Shown piece by piece: positions 18,192 through 28,480 of a DNA stretch of 64,000 nucleotides; position 1 is the stretch's first letter, and the number at the start of each line of letters is the position of its first letter. The stretch spans positions 576,001 to 640,000 of the forward strand of contig CAVWLP010000003.1 of the NCBI GenBank assembly GCA_963755915.1, written 5' to 3'. A model generated the notes under the pieces. It did no database searches and was not told where the DNA came from. It was given only the letters and a program-made list of their open reading frames with translations. Source of the DNA: an uncultured Phycisphaerales bacterium (GTDB taxonomy: Bacteria > Planctomycetota > Phycisphaerae > Tepidisphaerales > Tepidisphaeraceae). The translations under genes and the position numbers were made by a program.

Positions 18192-19111
18192 CGGCCGTTC
18201 ATACAACACCGGCCACCCCCCCACCCCTCTCCCTGGCCACGCGCATGCGCGTCTTTGCCGGCGACATCAAGATCGCCCACACCGTCTTCGCCTTGCCCTG
18301 GGCAATCCTCAGCGCCGCCCTGGCCGGCAAGATGTTCCCCAGATCTCTGAGCATCGAAAAAATCCTCCTCATTCTCATCTGCATGGTCACCGCCCGCACC
18401 GTCGCGATGGCCGCCAACCGCCTCATCGACGCCGAACTCGACGCCCAAAACCCCCGCACCGCCGGCAGAGCCATCCCCTCCGGCCGACTCTCGCCCGGCT
18501 TCGTCCGCGCAATCCTCGCAATCTGCTGCTGCGGATTCCTCGCCGCCGCCGCCGGATTCGAACTGATCTATCGCAACCCCTGGCCGCTGATTTTCGCCGC
18601 CCCGGTCCTGCTTTATCTCTGCGGCTATCCCTTTATGAAACGCTTCACGCGCCTGTGCCATTATTATCTTGGCATCGCCCTCGCGTTCGCGCCTGTCTGC
18701 GCGTGGATCGCGGTCGCCGGCCGGATCGATTGGCCACCGATCGTCATGTTCGTCATCGTCGCCGCCTGGACCGCCGGCTTCGATATCATTTATGCCTGCC
18801 AGGATTACCAAAGCGACCTGGCGACAGGAGTTATCTCTGCGCCATCAAAGATGGGCATCGCCCGCGCCTTGTGGCTCAGCCGCGCGACGCACTTGATCGC
18901 AGCCGCGATGTTGATCGTGCTCGGATTCGTGACGCCGCAGTTTCACCTCTTTTACTGGATCGGAGCAGCGGTAGCGGTCGGGCTATTGATTGTCGAGCAA
19001 AGCCTGGTGCGGGCGGGCGATCTTTCGAAAGTGAATCTTTCGTTTTTTACGATCAACGGCATTATCAGTGTGCTCGTGGGAACGCTCGGAATTTTGGATT
19101 TAATCTTGTGA
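18188..19111 (+). CDS. UbiA-like polyprenyltransferase (MqnP-type)
   Basis: IKIAHTVFALP, ANRLIDAELDAQNPRTAGRAIPSG, WTAGFDIIYACQD, SFFTING. Confidence 0.85.
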   Translation: MTAVHTTPATPPPLSLATRMRVFAGDIKIAHTVFALPWAILSAALAGKMFPRSLSIEKILLILICMVTARTVAMAANRLIDAELDAQNPRTAGRAIPSGRLSPGFVRAILAICCCGFLAAAAGFELIYRNPWPLIFAAPVLLYLCGYPFMKRFTRLCHYYLGIALAFAPVCAWIAVAGRIDWPPIVMFVIVAAWTAGFDIIYACQDYQSDLATGVISAPSKMGIARALWLSRATHLIAAAMLIVLGFVTPQFHLFYWIGAAVAVGLLIVEQSLVRAGDLSKVNLSFFTINGIISVLVGTLGILDLIL

Positions 19112-19130
19112 CGGTCGCTTTCTGCATTTT

Positions 19131-19170
19131 CCCCCGCCCCCGGTAATCCGGGGGAGGGTTGGGGAGGGGG
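19131..19170 (-). repeat. REP-C hairpin
   Basis: CCCCCGCCCCCGGTAATCCGGGGGAGGGTTGGGGAGGGGG. Confidence 0.85.
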
Positions 19171-19207
19171 TTTGCTCGCACAACCGTGCCTATTCTATAC
19201 TGACGCC

Positions 19208-20352
19208 ATGCCTCCCGCCCTGCACACCCTCGACCCCGCTCTGGCGCCCGTCGCCGAAAAAGTCGCCGCCGGCCAGCGCCTCTCCGCCAATGACGGCCTC
19301 GCCCTCTACCACAGCCGCGACGTCCACGGCATCGGCCGCCTCGCAAATTTCGTCCGCGAAAAACTCCACGGCGATCGCACCTATTACAATCGCAACCGCC
19401 ACATCAATTACACCAACGTCTGCGCCCTCTCCTGCAAGTTCTGCTCCTTCTACCGCAAGCGCGGCGAAGACGGCGCGTACGAAATGCCCGTCGAGCAGGT
19501 GATCGAAACCGCACGCCGCGCCGCCGGCGCCGGCGCCGACCGAAGTACACATCGTCGGCGGCCTGCACCCCTGGCTGAAATTCGATTATTACCTCCAAAT
19601 CCTTTCCGGAATTCGCACCGCCTGCCCGGAGCTGCACATCAAGGCGTTCACCGCGATCGAGATCATTCACCTGAGCCGGGTCTCCCGCCAACCCGTCCGC
19701 GAAACGCTCCTCGCCCTGCGCGAGGCCGGCCTCGGAAGCCTCCCCGGCGGCGGCGCAGAAATCTTCGACGACCGCGTCCACGATGAAGTCTTCAAAGGCA
19801 AGGTCCGCGAGGACCGCTGGTTTGAAGTCCATCGCACCGCCCACGAGCTGGGCATCTATTCCAACGCCACCATGCTCTACGGCCACGTTGAAACTCCCGC
19901 CGAGCGCATCGGCCACATGATCAAGCTCCGCCAGCTCCAGGAAGAATCACTGCGCAACCCGCCCCGCACATTTCAACTGCGTCATCCCCCTCAGCTTCAT
20001 TCCCGAAAACAGCGAGCTCGGATTCCTCCCCGGCCCGACCGGCCTGACCGACTTAAAAACCCTGGCCATCGCCCGCCTGATGATCGACAACATCCCCCAC
20101 ATCAAAGCATTCTGGATCATGCAAACCGTCGGCCTTTCGCAGCTGGCGCTCAACTGGGGCTGCGACGATCTCGACGGCACCGTCGTCTGGTACGACATCA
20201 CCAAGCGCGAAGGCAACGGCGTGCACCAGGAACTGCACGTCGACGACATCAAGCGCCTCATCCGCGAAGCGGGGCGGATGCCGGTTGAGCGCGATACCCT
20301 CTACCGCGAAGTGAAGCGGGATGAGAGGGACGTAGTGCTGGCCGCCGTTTGA
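19208..20352 (+). CDS. mqnE: Aminofutalosine synthase, radical SAM (frameshifts near 19535 and 19960)
   Basis: NYTNVCALSCKFCSF (CxxxCxxC), EVHIVGGLHP, IKAFTAIEI, SLPGGGAEIF, SNATMLYGHVE, HIKAFWIM, PVERDTLY. Confidence 0.85.
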
Positions 20353-20484
20353 GTCCTGCTTCGCGGAAATAGAATCTGCCGCTTTTTTTTGGAAATCCTC
20401 ACTTTATCTGCATGCGGACGCTACAATCCCCGATATACTCGCTCAGCCTGTCGCGCGAGAGTTTGGGATGCGTGGAGATTTCAA

Positions 20485-21228
20485 ATGCCTGACCCTAAAT
20501 CAACTGCCGGCGGGGGCACTAGTTCAACCGCGAAATGGGCGGCGCTGATTGATGACCGAGTTGTCTGGTCGCCCGGCCGCACGGTGCTTGTCGGCGTACT
20601 GAAAACGCAATGCTCCGTGCCGGAGAACCGGGTTTTGGTCAGAGACCATAGCTCTCCCAATGACCAGATCCTCAGGGATGACGTGGCGATTGACCTCGCC
20701 GCAGGAAACGTCTTTTACAGTATCGCCGTCGACGAGCAAAAGCCGCGCGATCCCTCCGGGGCAGCCGCGAAGCTGGCTTTTTTTGTCGATGACCGGCCCG
20801 TGGTGACCACCCGCGCCGACCAGACTGGAAAGTCGCTTCGCGAATTATTCAATCTCGCCGAGACCGCGAAGCTCGTGCGAGACTACGCAAATGACCAGGA
20901 CGAAGTAATTGAGCCCCAGGGCAAAATCAGCTTCGCTGACGGTCCGGTATTTCGCGCAAGTGCCGGACAGCGGCCGGCGCCAAAGCTCACGTCCTTGTCC
21001 ATCACGATCAATTCGCGCCGGTTCACGGAGCACGACGGCGTGCGGCCAACAATGACCGGCTTTCAGATTGCGGCGCTGCTGAATCCTCAGGACGCCAAAC
21101 AGGCAACTGTCTCGATCGTTTCCGACGGTGGCCGCGAAGTGCAGTTGGCACAGCAGATCACAATTGGCGGTGGGGAAGTCATTGAGGTCGGCCGGACAAC
21201 TTCCAGCGGAAATATCGGCACGTTCTGA
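20485..21228 (+). CDS. Multi-ubiquitin-domain protein (three beta-grasp-like repeats)
   Basis: Repeated pattern LVRD..xD.x.I...D/S..xGxVF and TGxxL/IxxL, as in Multi_ubiq proteins; GGAG RBS. Confidence 0.65.
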   Translation: MPDPKSTAGGGTSSTAKWAALIDDRVVWSPGRTVLVGVLKTQCSVPENRVLVRDHSSPNDQILRDDVAIDLAAGNVFYSIAVDEQKPRDPSGAAAKLAFFVDDRPVVTTRADQTGKSLRELFNLAETAKLVRDYANDQDEVIEPQGKISFADGPVFRASAGQRPAPKLTSLSITINSRRFTEHDGVRPTMTGFQIAALLNPQDAKQATVSIVSDGGREVQLAQQITIGGGEVIEVGRTTSSGNIGTF

Positions 21229-21328
21229 TTCGCCTTCCCGATTGCGGAGTCACAAAGGCACTGCAAAGTGGTCATCCCGCGAGGGTTGTCCTATCATCCC
21301 TCCCCTCGAACCCGCGCGGAGCTTCCCA

Positions 21329-22346
21329 ATGGTCTGGATGTGGCTGGGCTTCTCACTCCTCGTGATCGCTATGCTCGCGATCGACCTCGGGGTGTTCCAT
21401 CGGAAGGACCACGTCATCAGCGCCAAGGAAGCCCTCATCTGGACCGGCGTCTGGATCGCCGCCGCCCTGGCCTTCAGCGTCTTCGTCTATTTCGCCTACG
21501 AATATCACTGGGCCGGGCTGGGAAATGAAATCGACGATGCCGTCGGAATGCCCACGAGCGGGAAGGCGGCGGTGCTGAAATATCTCAGCGGTTATGTGCT
21601 GGAGAAATCCCTCAGCGTCGACAACATTTTCGTCATCTCAGCCATCTTCGGCGCGTTTGCCATTCCCCCGCAGTATCAGCATCGCGTCCTGTTCTGGGGC
21701 GTTATCAGCGCCCTGGTCATGCGCGCGGTCATGATTCTTGCCGGCACCGAATTGATTGAAAGCCATCACTGGTTGGTCTACATCTTCGGCGTCCTTCTAA
21801 TCGCAACCGCCATCAAGATGCTGGCGGTGAAAAGCAAAAACGCTTCGCCCAACGACAACGTCATAATCCGCTGGGCGAGGAAGATTTTCCCGATGACGCC
21901 GGAGTTTCACGGACACAGCTTCTTCGTTTTCACGGAAGTCTCCGACCACGGCGCAGCCAAAAGCCGCAGGGCATTTGTTCTCACGCCCCTTGCCCTGGCC
22001 CTGATCGCCGTCGAGGCGACGGATTTGCTTTTCGCCGTCGATTCGGTCCCCGCAATCTTCGCGATCACATCCGATCCCTTCCTGATCTTCACAAGCAACG
22101 TCTTTGCCATGCTCGGCCTTCGCTCCCTCTATTTCGCCCTGGCCGGCATGATCGAGCGCTTCCGTTACCTGAAAATCTCCCTCGCCATCATGCTCGGCGT
22201 CGTCGGCGTCAAGATGCTGATCAGCAAATGGCTCCTCAGCGTCCTCGGCTCTGGATTTGAAATCTGGCTCCTCGCGGTGGTCCTCCTGATCCTGGCCGGA
22301 GGAGTTCTGGCATCATGGGTCGCCGACCGGCGCAGGAGGCCGCTGA
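21329..22346 (+). CDS. terC: TerC/Alx-family membrane protein
   Basis: LAIDLGVFHR, GYVLEKSLSVDNIFVI, QHRVLFWG, DLLFAVDSVPAIFAIT, SNVFAMLGLRSLYF. Confidence 0.9.
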
Positions 22347-22348
22347 TC

Positions 22349-22770
22349 ATGCTCGCCTGGCTCAAAATTCACGCCTGGTGGCTTACCATTGTCTCCGCCC
22401 TGGCCACCCTGGCGATGGCCGCGATCGGATGCAGAATCCTGGTCAATCTGCCGGAAGATTATTTTCTTCGGCGAAACGAGGAAACGGACTCCTCCAAGCC
22501 GCGCAGGGCCGTCTCCCTGCCTCTGTCGATTTTCAAGAATGCGCTTGGAACACTCATCGTCCTGATCGGCGCGATCATGTCCCTCCCCCTGGTCCCCGGC
22601 CCCGGCGTGATAACGATCCTCATCGGCCTGTCACTGATGAGTTTTCCCGGAAAACGCAAATTGGAGGTGCGAATTCTTCGCACCGGCCCGGTGCTCGCCG
22701 GCATCAACTGGCTGCGCAGAAAGCTGGAAGGCCCGAACTGCGCATGCCCGCGGCTGGGGCGCGGGGATGA
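22349..22770 (+). CDS. PGPGW-domain membrane protein (read in-frame with terC here; probable frameshift near 22720)
   Basis: LPEDYF, KNALG, LVPGPGVITILIGLSLMSFPGKRKLE; own AGGAGG RBS at 22334-22339. Confidence 0.7.
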
Positions 22771-22798
22771 GAAAGATGTTGTGCTGGCGGCGGCGTGA
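22766..22798 (+). repeat. Diverged duplicate of the mqnE 3' end
   Basis: Encodes DEKDVVLAAA* versus mqnE DERDVVLAAV* (20320-20352); 25/33 nt identical. Confidence 0.7.
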
Positions 22799-22903
22799 AA
22801 CTTACCCTCAGAAGAATCGATTTTGGTTCGGGGACATCAAATACAAAACTGGACAGTCCGCAACAATATGGGGGGCTTGGGCGGCCTAGATAGGCACTTT
22901 TCG

Positions 22904-22939
22904 TGATATCAATGATATCATTGATATCGATGATATCAC
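22904..22939. repeat. 4x TGATATC tandem array with 9-nt period
   Basis: TGATATCAA-TGATATCAT-TGATATCGA-TGATATCAC; each unit has a palindromic core. Confidence 0.9.
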
Positions 22940-23185
22940 TCTAGGGCCGTCCGCGGTTCCCAACCGGTAGCGTCAACGCGTTCTACATCACACGCTTGAA
23001 TCGCGGTCGATTGTTCGGAGCAATGCCGTACCACGAAGAGGTGAAGAAAAGGCGCAAGCTGCTATCCGAATGAAGACCAAATGGCGTGACATGAGATTCC
23101 GAATCGTCACGAGCGCGAGTGTTCAGGGGGCGGGGAAGCGCTGGACTGCTCGGTTCGCTTTTCTGAATACGCAGATGTTGGTATT

Positions 23186-25659
23186 TTGGCGCTAGTGCGA
23201 TATTTCAAATGGGTTTCTGCAACCGAGCTGGATCGCTGGGCGGATTCTAACGACGCCCGATCCCTTCTGCCTCGATTGGTTCGGCTGCTTGTACATGCCA
23301 CGGAAGAAAAGGGCGACCTGCTGCACGTAAATTTTCCTGCGGAGGAAGAAACTCACCGGCCTGGACCTGATGGTGAGACCCGGACATTGCAAGGCAACGC
23401 GTGGGTTCCGAAGGGTGTTCCATATTGGGAGATGGGGGCAAACTCCGGCGTCACTTCTAAGCTAAACGATGATTTCCAGAATCGTCTGGAGAAAAGAGGT
23501 GAGGGCGATTTTAAAGAAGTCACCTACGTCGCCATCACGCCTCGCGACTATCAGGGAAAGGATTTGTGGCGCAAGGAAAAGGAGAATCTGGGTCAATGGG
23601 GCGAAGTTAGGGTTTACGATTCTAACGACCTTGAGCAATGGCTTGAGAAGGCCCCAGCGGTGGGCCGTTGGCTCAGTCAGTTCGTGGCGGTATCGCCCGA
23701 AGGGCTGATCGATTTATACACCCGATGGGAAAACCTGCAGTCGTCTTTGTTGCGCCCATTGCCCCCGTCGGTCGTAATGATTGGTCGCAGTTCGGCGGTC
23801 GAAAAAATACGTGAATGGCTTGAGGCGTCGCCACAAGTTCTCGCCGTATCTGGTCAATCACCCCAAGAGGTCATCGACCTCTTTACCGCATGGGTAGTTT
23901 CGCTGCCGGAGAATGAGCAGGAATCCGTTGCCAGCCGAACTGTAATTGTGGAAGACGCTGAGAGGCTGCGCGAACTCGCCGAATCAAAGGAGCGGCTGAT
24001 TCTCATAAATGGGGAGCGGCTTGAAGCAGCACCGGAGCAGGTATCTGAAGCCATTCGTAAGGGCCATCATGTTTTGCAGCCCGCCTCATCGCTCCGTTCG
24101 GTGGCCGGCAACGTGGCCCGATTAGAGCGAATCGACCGGTTTGAGCTTCAGAGATCGCTTGAGCAAGCCGGCCTGAAAGAACAGGAGGCATATGTCCTTT
24201 CGCAGCAGTCGGGGGGATCGTTCACGGTTCTCAAGCGTCGATTTTCTTCTGTCCCCCTCATTTCGGTGCCCGCTTGGGGCAAGGGTCAACACGCGGGCGA
24301 GTTAGCCCCGCTATTGCTCGCCGGAAGCTGGCTCGATCGGCACCAGGGCGATCAGGCAGTCGTTTCAAAGATCGCTGCGCAGACTTATGGGGAAGCCCAA
24401 AAGATTGTAACCCGATGGCGCACGGAGGCTGACAGTCCAGTGCGCTGGGTAAATGGCGCTTGGGAGTTCGTATCGCCGTTTGACGCATGGGTATTTCTTC
24501 ATTCGTCGCTGACGCCCCAGTATTTTGATGCATTCGAGGGCGCGGCAGCGACAGTTCTTGGAGAGGACGATCCAAGACTGGACCTGCCGTTGGAAGAACG
24601 ATGGCTGGCAAACGTGCGCGGTAAGCAGATGTTACATTCAGAATATCTTCGGATGGGGATTGCGCGGACGATGGCCTTGCTCGGGAGCAGGTCAGACGTC
24701 GATGTCGTAGATGTATGCCCATTGCAGCTTCGTGTAGATCGAATTGTGTCGGCGATACTCCCAGCAAACTGTAGTTGGAAGCGGTGGGCGTCGTTGGGCA
24801 GGTTGCTGCCCCTCCTTGCCGAAGCTTCACCAGATTATTTCCTCAATTCGGTGGAGTCTGGGCTTCGTGGGGACGGTCCTGAGTTCGTGAAACTATTTCA
24901 GGAAGAAGGTCCACCGACCCACGGGCGCGCCGAACACACTGGATTGTTGTGGGGCTTGCAGTGCGTCGCTTGGTCGTCCGAATTTTTGCCAAGGGCCACG
25001 TTGGCGTTGGGCAGGTTGGCGCAGCTCGATCCGGGTGGGCGTTGGGCTAACCGCCCAAAAGGTAGCCTGAGAGAGATTTTTTTTTCGGGAATGCCTCAAA
25101 CGGCGACCCCGGTTGATCAACGAGTGGAAGCTGTGCGATTGAGGGAGCAGAACAGACGCTTTCCCCGGAAGCACGGCGTTTTAACGTGGATAGAGCCTGG
25201 CATCTCATTCATGATTGGCGCTTGATCCCTGGTGCAAATGACCGTGGCGAGGTCGATGGGGATGCATTGCAAAAATGGCTGGATGGGGCAAGATCAGCCG
25301 CGGCAAGCATTGACAGGCTGGAGGTGTGCGACGTGACAATCGGTGAGCTCCTTGCGAAGGATCCGGAAACGAACGAGCGGGACTGGCCGTCAGTTCCTGT
25401 TCGAGAGTCCCTCGAAAAAATCGATACATCCGAAATCGTTCGTGGTTTTGTCGTCGGGATTCGCAACAAACATGGTTCGACCGTTCGCGGTATGAGGGAG
25501 GGGGGTCGCCAAGAGCGAGAGCTAGCCGCCAAATACGATAGGTACGCTGAGGCAGCGAGAACTCGTTGGCCACGGACAGGTGCCGCCCTCAAGCGAGTTG
25601 CAAACGAATTCCGTGAAGAAGCAAAACGCGAGGACGCGGAAGCGGAGGCTGCCTCATAG
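23186..25659 (+). pseudogene. Large putative defence-associated protein (PD-(D/E)xK-like N-terminus plus helical body), broken near 25140
   Basis: GPDG...WVPKG...WEMG, DSNDLEQWLE, LLWGLQCVAWS, DPGGRWANRP, then in a new frame AWHLIHDWRLIPG...EGGRQERELAAKY. Codon usage differs from the flanking genes. Confidence 0.55.
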
Positions 25660-25868
25660 CGACGGAATTCCCGTCCGCGTAATCCGTGGTCCGGCGCTTC
25701 GCGAGAAGGTAGAGGCGTAGAAAGTCGAAAGTAGGGACGGCCAATTCCCATCCAAGAAATGTTACACCCCGCGTTTATTGAAAATTAACCAAACCCAGCG
25801 CAACCACCTCCCGCACCCAGACTTAAATCAAAATAAGTTAGCATATACTCACCAACTCGCCGAAAACG

Positions 25869-27392
25869 CAATAGTGTCCGGAACGCAGGCTCACAAATAA
25901 CACAATCTTGCGCCTTGCGCGAAGCAGCGTTTTGTGGTTCACTGCCGCCACGTGCACGCGGACCTTTGCCCAGCTTCTGGATTGCCCGCCAAGCCGGGAC
26001 GAAAGCCGCGGCCGGCGGTGCGGGGGGAGGATTTGTTCGGCGGCAAGTACGTCGGTATTTTGCAGGATCATCTGGCCCGCCTGCGGGCGGCGCATCCCCA
26101 CCCCAATCGCACGCTTTTTTATGACGATGTGACCCTTGCCTATCTGCTGGCGTTTTTCACGCCGGCGATTCGCAGCCTGCGGACGATGGAGGATTTCAGC
26201 CAGACCGAGCAGATGCAGGAGCAGCTTTCGGTCGATCGCCTGCCGCGTTCCACGCTTTCCGATGCCAACGCCCTGTTCGATCCGACGCTGCTGGAGCCGA
26301 TCATCGAGGAGTTGCGGGCGCGGCTGCCGCACCTGCGTCACGGCGATCCGAAGCTGGCGGAGTTGACCGAGCGGGTACGGGTGGTGGATGGGTCGCTGTT
26401 CACCGTTGCCGCCGACGTGGCCTGGGCGCTGCATCAAAGTCGACCCAACGGAAAGCCCATGGACACGATTCGCCTGAATCTTCAATGGGCGGCGGGCGTG
26501 GGGGTTCCCGAGGGAGTGACGATCAGCGGCGCGGGATGCTCCGAGGCGCAGGCGCTGATGCAGTCCCTGGAGCCGGGACAGATTTACGTCATGGACCGCG
26601 GCTACGTCTGTTTCGAGCTGCTGGAGCGGATCGTACATGCCTGCAGCGATTTTGTGCTCCGGCTCAAGTCAAACAACTATTTCATTCCCATCGAAAACAA
26701 TGACTTGACCCCCAAGTCCCTGCCGCTGAGCGATGAAGACCGCGCTGCCGGCATTCTCAGCGACCGGATCGGATACCTGGGCTCAGAAGGGCCACGCTTT
26801 GCTCCTCCGGCGGGAAAATGGCTTCGGGAAGTGACGATCTTCGACCCGGACAAACCCGACAGGCCCCTGCGGCTGCTGACCAATCTTCTTAACATTCCCG
26901 CCCATGTCATCGGTCTGCTCTACCGCTGGCGATGGAAGATCGAGCTGTTTTTCCGCTGGCTGAAAGTGCACGCCCACTTCCGCCATCTCACCAGCCACAG
27001 CAAAAACGGCGTCACCACCGGGTTCTACATCGCGGTCATCGGGGTGCTGTTGATCTATCTGCACACGCAGCGTCCGGTGAGCAAATATGCCTACGCGATG
27101 CTGAGCCTGGTCGCCGCGGGAGGGGCCACGTTGCAAGAGATTATTCCCATCCTGCAGCGCCGAGAACGGGAATGCGAGCTGCAGCGTCAGCGTGTGGCAC
27201 GGAAGAAGGCTGAAAAAATCGTCAAGTAAGTCACCGGGGGTTTTTGTTGTCCGGCCGCCGGTGAACGCCGCGGCATGCGCTGCAGGAGCAGCGCTGAACC
27301 TTCCACGCCGTTGCCCATCGAGGCAACGCAGCCTTTCGAGTGAAAACCCGAAAAATCCCAGCTTTAAGACGCGGAAGTCCCGGACAATATTG
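25869..27392 (+). mobile_element. IS4-family insertion sequence, 1524 bp
   Basis: Terminal IRs CAATAGTGTCCGG / CCGGACAATATTG; 9-bp target duplication CCGAAAACG at 25860-25868 and 27393-27401. Confidence 0.92.
25934..27229 (+). CDS. IS4-family DDE transposase
   Basis: STLSDAN, VVDGS, YVMDRGY, LRLLTN, LYRWRWKIELFFRWLK (YREK motif). Confidence 0.92.
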   Translation: MVHCRHVHADLCPASGLPAKPGRKPRPAVRGEDLFGGKYVGILQDHLARLRAAHPHPNRTLFYDDVTLAYLLAFFTPAIRSLRTMEDFSQTEQMQEQLSVDRLPRSTLSDANALFDPTLLEPIIEELRARLPHLRHGDPKLAELTERVRVVDGSLFTVAADVAWALHQSRPNGKPMDTIRLNLQWAAGVGVPEGVTISGAGCSEAQALMQSLEPGQIYVMDRGYVCFELLERIVHACSDFVLRLKSNNYFIPIENNDLTPKSLPLSDEDRAAGILSDRIGYLGSEGPRFAPPAGKWLREVTIFDPDKPDRPLRLLTNLLNIPAHVIGLLYRWRWKIELFFRWLKVHAHFRHLTSHSKNGVTTGFYIAVIGVLLIYLHTQRPVSKYAYAMLSLVAAGGATLQEIIPILQRRERECELQRQRVARKKAEKIVK

Positions 27393-27475
27393 CCGAAAAC
27401 GTAAAAAAATGTAAAATTATGTAAAATTCGATCTACTGTTAACGACTACCCCCGATCACAACCCCCCGCCCCAAC

Positions 27476-28370
27476 TCACGAAATCGTCGGCGCTTCCTCC
27501 GCATCCACTGCCGCAAGCGCCGCCTCCGACTCGCAGCCGCCTGGCTTGCCCGCCTTCTCGTTCTCCCGAACCATCCGATCCCGAATCTGCGACATCACCT
27601 TATCCACCACCCCCGGCATCGCCGACGCGATCAGCAGGGACAATCGCGAAAAGGCCTTCGGCCACAGCTCCCGCACCGGCTTCTCAATCGCACGCGACAT
27701 CCTCGCCGCCACATACTGCGGCGTCTGCGGGCGGCCCTGGATTAGCGCCGCCGGGCTCATGCCGCTTAGCTCGTGAGCCGTGGAAAAGAAGTCCGTCCCG
27801 CAGACGGCCGGGTGAACGCTGGTGACGGCGATATCGTGCGGTTTCAGTTCAACCCGGAGGCCTTCGGCGAGACTGAGCTGAGCCGCCTTGGTGGCCGCAT
27901 AGGTGCTGAAAAATGGAAGCCCCCGCCGCGCAAGGCGCTGGAGACGATCATAAGCTGCCCGCGAAGGCCGTCGCGCGACGACTGGCGTTTCATCTGGGAA
28001 ACCGCGGCCCGGCAGCACTCGATGGTGCCGAAGAGATTCGTGTCGAAAATATGCCGGATGTCGGCTTCGGACATCTGCTCGATCGGACGTGCGAAGCCGT
28101 AACCCGCGTTGCAGACCAACGTGTCGATCCGCCCGAATTTTTCGACGGCCGCGCCAATCAGCCGCCGGCACGCGCCGGGGCAGGCGACGTCGATCTGCAG
28201 ACAGGCGGTTTCGCCCGGAAGCTCCCGGGCGAGGTCCTGGAGACGATCGAGCCTTCGCGCCCAAGGACCAGCTTGCCCCTCTGCCGGGAAAGTTCGGTGG
28301 CCAGGGCCCGGCCGATTCCGGCGCTTGCACCCGTGATGACGGTAACCATTTCGTGGAGACTGCGACGCAT
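27476..28370 (-). CDS. SDR-family oxidoreductase (at least two frameshifts)
   Basis: VITGASAGIG, LVCNAGYG, TNLFG, YAATKAAQ across three frames. Confidence 0.8.
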
Positions 28371-28480
28371 GGTGCAAATTCCTTACTCTCGATGTCCCCT
28401 GCCACTATGGGGATTACCATTGGGGGGATTGCCGTATGCTGCCAAATCCACGACGATGAGGATACCTGAACTTGGGCAAT

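Noticed and set aside
21229-21328. yybP-ykoY (Mn) riboswitch expected upstream of terC/alx
   Set aside because: I could not find the conserved GGGGAGUAG-type motif in this 100-bp gap.
22766-22798. tmRNA tag or ssrA fragment (ends in LAAA)
   Set aside because: No tmRNA structure or tRNA-like ends nearby; the match to the mqnE 3' end explains it better.
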